From contig CP000069.1 of the NCBI GenBank assembly GCA_000002445.1, positions 1,472,001 to 1,536,000 of the forward strand: 64,000 nucleotides of DNA, written 5' to 3'. The notes below the pieces were generated by a model, which was given only the letters and a program-made list of their open reading frames with translations, made no database searches and had not been told where the DNA came from. This DNA is from Trypanosoma brucei. Lineage: Eukaryota. This document shows positions 58,349-64,000 of the stretch, piece by piece (the first letter of the stretch is position 1; every line of letters starts with the position of its first letter). The position numbers and the translations under genes were made by a program.

Positions 58349-59900
58349 TTATAGAAGAAAAACCGCAGGTAAAAAAGGGGATTTATGAATTACAAAAGAA
58401 TTGCTTCCTGTGGTGTTTGTATTTCCACTTTTTTTATCCTCTACATTTTTCTCTTTTACTGCTGATTTTTCGCCTTTCTCACTCAGTATACATTTTGGCC
58501 CTTCTTATGTTGTTTTTATCATATTTGCATTTTTTTGTTAGCATTACAAGTTGTTGCATCTTTTTTACATCGCAAATTTGTGTTGTTTTTTTTGGTTTAT
58601 CCGCATTTATCTGAGCTGTAAGTTTATCTAATTGTGAGGTAGCTGCTGCTAGGTCAATTCTCTCTTTTTCAGCGTAATGATCCAAAATTTCCATTAATTC
58701 ACCACTATCTGTTATGGCCTCTAAGTTCTGTGCATCGGAACTTTTGTCTTTGTTTCCATAAACCTTTGTGTTTTTGAACTTACCTAGAAGAATCTTGAGG
58801 TGCTCACCACTTTCACCGATGTATTTGGTTTTGGTTTCAGCTACTGCACTCGTTAGTTTGTTGTCAGTCAAGCTGCTGTTGATCTGCCGCAGCCGCCGCC
58901 TTAGCTTACTGTCGAGTTTCGGATCCTTGGCAGCCTGCGCGACCAATGTGTCGTCTGCCGCCTGGGTGGCATCCTGATTGAGTGAATGTATTGCGTACAA
59001 CGCTTCGTATGCTCTAGCTGCGGCACTGTCTCTGACCACGCGCCCATTCCTGCCCATAGAGGCAGGGTTTGTCATCGTCATGGTTCGGCTAGCGGCATTG
59101 TATTCTAGTAATCCGCCGAAGAAACGTCGTCTGCCGCTGCTCTGGAACAAAGTTGTACCGGCGCTGCTCTGGGCGTGGAAGGCTATACATGTGGTGGTGC
59201 GTTCCACGCTTTGCATAGTAGCTGTTACTTGCTGGCGTAGCCCTGTTTAGCTTATTTATGGCGCCGCTAGTTTTGTTTGCAACGGCTGCGCTGAAGGCAG
59301 TTCAGCTGTGCAGCCAGCTGTTGCAAACTCATTATATTCGTTAGCTCTGTCTGTTGTTGCCGCAAGGCAATATCCTGTTGAACTAGCTGTTGTGGCAGAT
59401 CTCAGGAAATTGAGGACGCCGTTTATTTCTGCCACTACCGCCGCTGGTAGAGCCACGCCTTTGATTATTGTTTCGGCGTCTGTCTGAAGTTGCGCTGTCG
59501 TCTTTTGTGCTGCCGCTGCTAAAACATCCGCCACTGCGTTGTCCGCTGCTCGTTCGGTAGCTTCTGTAGTCTGCGCTGCATAGGCTTTAAACTGCAGAGA
59601 CATTCAGGTCTTTTCCGCTACAATAGCAGTCGCTGCCTGCAGGGCTGAAGTTGCCCTTCCTGGTCCTTTGTTTGGGGTTTGTGCCGCCGCAAAGGGCCCA
59701 CCCCAGCCTGTTTTGTTCATTGCCGGCCCGCTGGCGTTTGCGGCTGTGATTGCTACAAGCACTGCCGTTGATTTTAAGGCCAGCTGCTTGGCGAATTTTG
59801 TCGCCACCGCAGCCTTGTATTCCGCGGTGGTCGGCACTTGCATCTGCAGTTCTCTTATTTTTCCACTGGTTGTTGCCACCTGTTCTGTTTCTTGGGCCAT
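58349..59900 (-). pseudogene. VSG pseudogene: frameshifts, an in-frame stop before the GPI-signal segment, no clear signal peptide
   Basis: ORFs 59604-59900, 59256-59603 and 58479-59216 have a VSG N/C-domain look. The ORF ends ..RRAKMYTE*. The same frame continues ..NTNTTGSNSFVIHKSPFLPAVFLL*, a canonical GPI signal. Confidence 0.65.
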
Positions 59901-60124
59901 GTTCGTGATAATTTTCTAACGTATAGAAGTTTTAAATAGCGTTTCATGCTCTTTCTGAATGGCTGCCGTGGCTGTTTATGATCTTTTTTTAAATGTGCCG
60001 CTTGCGTTAAAATTAATTATGACTCGACAACACCAGATATTAATGCGTTCCGCTGTCTTTGTTTGGCAAGTTAGCTATAAATTTACGTCTTATTTGTGAT
60101 TTCAAAGAAGGTGTGTCTAGACTT

Positions 60125-60126
<2 letters not shown>

Positions 60127-60160
<34 letters not shown>
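60127..60160. repeat. (AC)17 dinucleotide microsatellite
   Basis: Perfect ACACAC... run of 34 bp. Confidence 0.9.
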
Positions 60161-60165
<5 letters not shown>

Positions 60166-60679
60166 TCTTTCAAATTTTCTGTAAATTTTCTCAAGAATGC
60201 TTTTAATAAGAGCAAACATTATACAAAACTATACACTTAGCCGTTTTCTCTCTATATTGTGTTACCGACGCCTTGACAAAATAACCATGAGCATTGTGTA
60301 AATTTCTACACCCTTGGCATCACTGTGGGCACTTTGATTTACTATAAAACTAAAAACCACACTCCCGACCATTTCTGTAGTAGAATCTATCCACTCTTTA
60401 GTTAGAGTTAGTGCAAAACCTCCTCCTGCATTCTTTTCTGTTTTTCCACACCTTCAGCGGATACCCTAGCAACCCCATTTGGCTCGTGCAGTAGAAAATA
60501 TCTCTTCATGTTTGTCCTTCTATCATCTAGTTGTGTGTAATGACGCCAAACGTCATGCTTATGTTTGAAATTTCGCATATTCCATTTCCTCCTCCCACAC
60601 TCTCCCGTACTCACTTACTCCTAATTCACTTTAGCCTTTGTTTCAAATGCCGCACTTTCTCCACATTTAGTTTTAATCA

Positions 60680-60775
60680 CTAATATTATTATAATATTTG
60701 TATATACACACTCACAACACTATCCTATTATTATTACTTTTAATATTACTATTCCAACAACAATTTATCTCCTTG
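60680..60775 (-). repeat. 70-bp repeat
   Basis: TAATATTATTATAATATTTGTATATACACACTCACAACACTATCC..ATTATTATTAC. Confidence 0.7.
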
Positions 60776-60930
60776 AAATAATATGGGATATGAAACTTTC
60801 ATAATAGCACTCGTATTTTATTTATAAATCATACTTTACAATGATAGGGAACTTTCATGCGGTGATTTTATATTTTTGAGTTTGTGAGAATTTATCGTAT
60901 ATTCATTAATTTGAATATGTTCATCAAAAA

Positions 60931-60946
60931 GTATTAAAATATATAA
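60931..60946 (-). promoter_or_regulatory. VSG 3' UTR 16-mer-like element (GTATTAAAATATATAA)
   Basis: Downstream of the VSG pseudogene at 61060-62637. Confidence 0.45.
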
Positions 60947-61059
60947 TATTTTGGGAATTTAAGTAACTTTTATCATGATAGCAAATTTCATAATTTTCAT
61001 TAATTTAATAAAAATGAGCAAAAATCCTTAGATTTTGATAATTCTTAAATACTAAAAAA

Positions 61060-62637
61060 CTCAAAAATGTAGCAGCTGTCAGAGTCAATTTTTTAATTAC
61101 TATGATACTGGAATCTTTGTGCTTCTATTTCTCATTAGTAGCTAGCGTTCATTTCGCAAGCACTTTTGTCTGTTCCCTGCTTTGCACATTTCTCCTCAGG
61201 CTTCCCATTATTCCCTGTTTCTTGGTTTGCTTCCGCTTTCTCTGCAGATTCTCTAGCTTCCTTTGTTAAGGTGCACTCTTTTCCTTGTTTGGTTTTGTTA
61301 TGATGATAGCCGGGAGTGTTGTCACACTTTTCTTGCTCTTCTATTTTGTTGCATTCCATTTCGCTTTGTTCGGATTGCTTGGCGCAGCCGGTATTGGTTG
61401 GTGCCGTGCCGCTGGATGCCTGAGCTTCTTGTTCTTGTAATAGGCTTGTCGTTTGAGGTATTGTTTTCGTTTTCTCTGCCAGGGTTTTTGTAGTTAGTGT
61501 CAGCTGCCTAATGATATCTGCTGCCCTGCGTCGTCGGGCGAGCGCCATACTTGCCTGTTTGATTTTAACTGCCCACGGTACTCCTGCAAGCCCCTTTTCT
61601 CCGCCTGTCGTATAGTCTGTGAGCTTGATGCACACGCCTCCGCTGCTTTTTCCGTTGCATTCTGTTGTCGCTTCAGTAGATCCGAGGTATGCTGAGCCTT
61701 TGTGTATTTTGATGTGCTGGACGAGGCTTGTAAGAGCCGCATTTAATGACTCTTCTGTTGTTTTTGTGTTGCTGTTGATGTGGAAGTGGGCTGTTAGTTT
61801 GTCGAATTGGTCCTTCACGTCTCCGAAGCTTTGGAGCGGTTGAGTCTTGTCTGTTGGGTTAGCCCCCGTGGCGTCTACACATATGCTTTGTGCGCCCTGC
61901 GGTGCTGTACTGGTGTTTGGCGTACACGCGCATATCATGATATCTGCAATCGCTTGTTCAGCCGACATTTTCGCGCCGCTGTTGCAAAAAGGTGTCAGTG
62001 TTGCGTGTGGTCGATGTTCGACAGGCTTCTGTAAAGTCGGCTCTGTCATTTGACGGACAGCATATTGCTTCTTCCAGGTCTTTTTTTAGTGTTTCCGGGC
62101 TGCCGGCGTGAACCTCCTGCGCCGCTGTTGCGATCTCCGCTATTATTGTCGGTGCTTGTTTCAGTGCCGTGCTTACCTCGGTTTTTGCTATTTTAAGCTG
62201 GTCTCCTGTTAGTTTAAAGGGTGCTACATTGTCTAGAAAAGACTCGCCTGCTGCTTCTTGTGTTATCCGCGCCGCGCTTTTTGACCATGCTTCCCAGTTA
62301 AATTTCCAGTAGGTATGTGATTTCGCGCTCTCTTCCGTAACTGTCCATGGTTTGGCCGTGCTTTGTTTTTCTGTGAATTTATTTATCCATTTTCTGCCGC
62401 CGAGGCTCATGTTCACGTCGAGGATGTCGTGGTCGCTGCTTTCCTGTCGGAGGTTATAGATATATCGTCAATAGCCCCCTTTTCTTGTTGTAAAACAGCA
62501 CAAAGAACGCCGAATAGTAGCGGATTGGCACCTGCAGCCGTATCGGCTTGTGCCCTCATATTGAACAGCGAGACTAGTGCTATTGCAGCAGCCATCAGTA
62601 CATTTGCCATTCCTGTTGACGCTGCCTCTACTTGCAT
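61060..62637 (-). pseudogene. VSG pseudogene (three frames; degenerate GPI-signal region)
   Basis: ORF 62413-62637 gives signal peptide MANVLMAAAIALVSLFNMRAQADTAAG. ORFs 61958-62416 and 61135-62049 give the N- and C-domain, ending ..CAKQGTDKSACEMNASY*. Downstream frames have remnants (..KDSSIIVIKKLTLTAA..). Confidence 0.7.
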
Positions 62638-63324
62638 ATCCGCGAAAAATAACTGATTGCTTTGTCTACCGGTGGTTCAGTGTCTACCTGTTGTGGTGAA
62701 AGTAGCTTACTTGCTCAGAAGGCGTGTGATATTTTTATAGCAGTTTCTTATGCAATTCCATTTCACCTCTACTTCCCTATATTCCCGCCAACACAAAGCG
62801 CAAAATGCAGCATATGCATTACCGCGCCCTTCTTTTAAATGTCGAGCATTAGAAGTCGCCATCAGATTTAAAAATCTAAAGTCACCTCACCATAAACTAG
62901 AATATATCCATTGATTTCATTGAAATACAGAGCATTATCTACCGCTTGTTATCCTGAGGTATCATATGCCTCTGTTATTTAATTTGGCATATTCTGTTCT
63001 TTAATTCCGTATTTTCTTTTCTTTTTCTTTTTCCACTGCTTTTATCGCTGCGGATAACATAGATACTTTATTTTCCTGTACAATGGACACACATTCTCTC
63101 TCATTGTCCTCTCCATTATCTCGTTATGTGCATCATTGTGACCGTCATCGTGCTTGTGTTTGAAACTGCATATATTTTTTCTCCCTCCATCAGTCCCTAC
63201 TTTTCAGTCATTCTGCGTTTCCGTTCATAGTATTCATTATTCTATCTCCTTAACTTACTCCCATTGCACTCTGTCCATTGTTTATGTACCTCTGTTTCAC
63301 CGTGCACTTGGTCTTTAAAACCAC

Positions 63325-63425
63325 TCTTATTATAATATTCGTATATACACTCTCACAACACTCTCATATCATTATTATTAATATCATTATTACAATACTA
63401 ATTATTATTCATATAATAAACCAAA
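63325..63425 (-). repeat. 70-bp repeat
   Basis: CTTATTATAATATTCGTATATACACTCTCACAACACTCTC..ATTATTATTAATATCATTATTAC. Confidence 0.7.
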
Positions 63426-63599
63426 TTAGAGTAACATTCATTTTGCATAACAAATTAGCCTACGTATTTACACCGATAGGTAGCAATAATGTACATATTA
63501 CCAAATTCTATTTTTCATATTTTCAGCTTTTCATAAATTTAGAAAAAATTTCAAAAAATTTAAAATATCAAATCTACAAAAAAAAGAAATTAGAGGAAT

Positions 63600-64000
63600 A
63601 TTCTTGTTTTCTAGAAAACTACTATTTTGACACTTTTCTATATCCTTGTCATCTTCATTATATTTTCCCTTCCTCCATGCACAATTTTTCTTGTCACCTG
63701 TTTTATCCTTTTCACAGTCAGGCTTATTTTTGTGACTTGCACACCCAGCTAAAACTGCTCCCTCTTTTTGTGTCTCTTCTTCTTGTGTTTCCTGTTCGTC
63801 TCCCTCTTTAGGTTTGCATGTTCCATCTGCTTCACTTCCTTTCCATTCGCAGGGGTCATTACATTCATCTTTCTTTGCTTTTTCTGAGCATAGAGTTTTT
63901 TTTCTAGTTTCTGTAGGTTGATTGGCGCAGGTGGGGTGACATGGCTATGATACTTGCCGTAGAGTGCAGCGGCGACTTGTGCCGCTTGCCCATTTTTAGC
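63600..64000 (-). pseudogene. VSG C-terminal region, partial (gene runs off the window end; intactness unknown)
   Basis: Minus frames give a Cys-rich VSG C-domain-like sequence (..CSEKAKKDECNDPCEWKGSEADGTCKPKEGDEQ..CEKDKTGDKKNCAWRKG..). Confidence 0.5.

Noticed and set aside
5460-63425. Possibility that the regularly spaced ~70-100 bp repeats are a CRISPR array or other prokaryotic repeat
   Set aside because: The repeats are kilobases apart and degenerate. They contain TAT triplet tracts and match the trypanosome VSG 70-bp repeat consensus. They separate eukaryotic surface-glycoprotein genes, so this is not a CRISPR system.
1-64000. Search for tRNA, rRNA, snoRNA or spliced-leader genes
   Set aside because: No stretch shows the conserved features I can recognise by eye (tRNA acceptor/TpsiC arms, rRNA conserved blocks, SL exon sequence). 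None can be supported from the sequence alone.

Overview
This window has the organisation of a silent, subtelomeric variant surface glycoprotein (VSG) gene array from an African trypanosome (Trypanosoma brucei group). At least 16 VSG genes, pseudogenes or fragments all lie on the minus strand. Each is followed on the plus strand (mRNA 3' UTR) by the reverse complement of the conserved VSG 16-mer TGATATATTTTAACAC, seen here as GTGTTAAAATATATCA-like motifs. Each is preceded at higher coordinates by a degenerate '70-bp repeat' (minus-strand reading ~GTGTTGTGAGTGTGTGTATACGAATATTATAATAAG plus TAT/ATT triplet runs, ending ...CCCTAACTAATATCCATAAAATAAAC). Most VSGs are pseudogenes with frameshifts, in-frame stops or missing signal/GPI peptides. 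Two look intact (8781-10244 and 37044-38516/38621). Two copies of the non-LTR retrotransposon ingi are present on the minus strand, each with endonuclease and reverse-transcriptase ORFs. One is full length (~5.27 kb, 12341-17610) and abuts a 226-bp ingi/RIME 5' fragment. The other is 3'-truncated (45900-49681). The two ingi copies lie inside a ~4.8 kb, ~98% identical segmental duplication that also carries a 70-bp repeat and the last codons of a VSG. Other content: a frameshifted type II glycosyltransferase pseudogene (1445-2293), a three-copy unidentified pseudogene family in the regions between 70-bp repeats and VSGs, an (ATT)27 expansion and an (AC)17 microsatellite. No rRNA, tRNA, CRISPR or telomere tract is evident. 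I found no previously undescribed system. This is a known kind of locus, and the unidentified elements are flagged in the findings.
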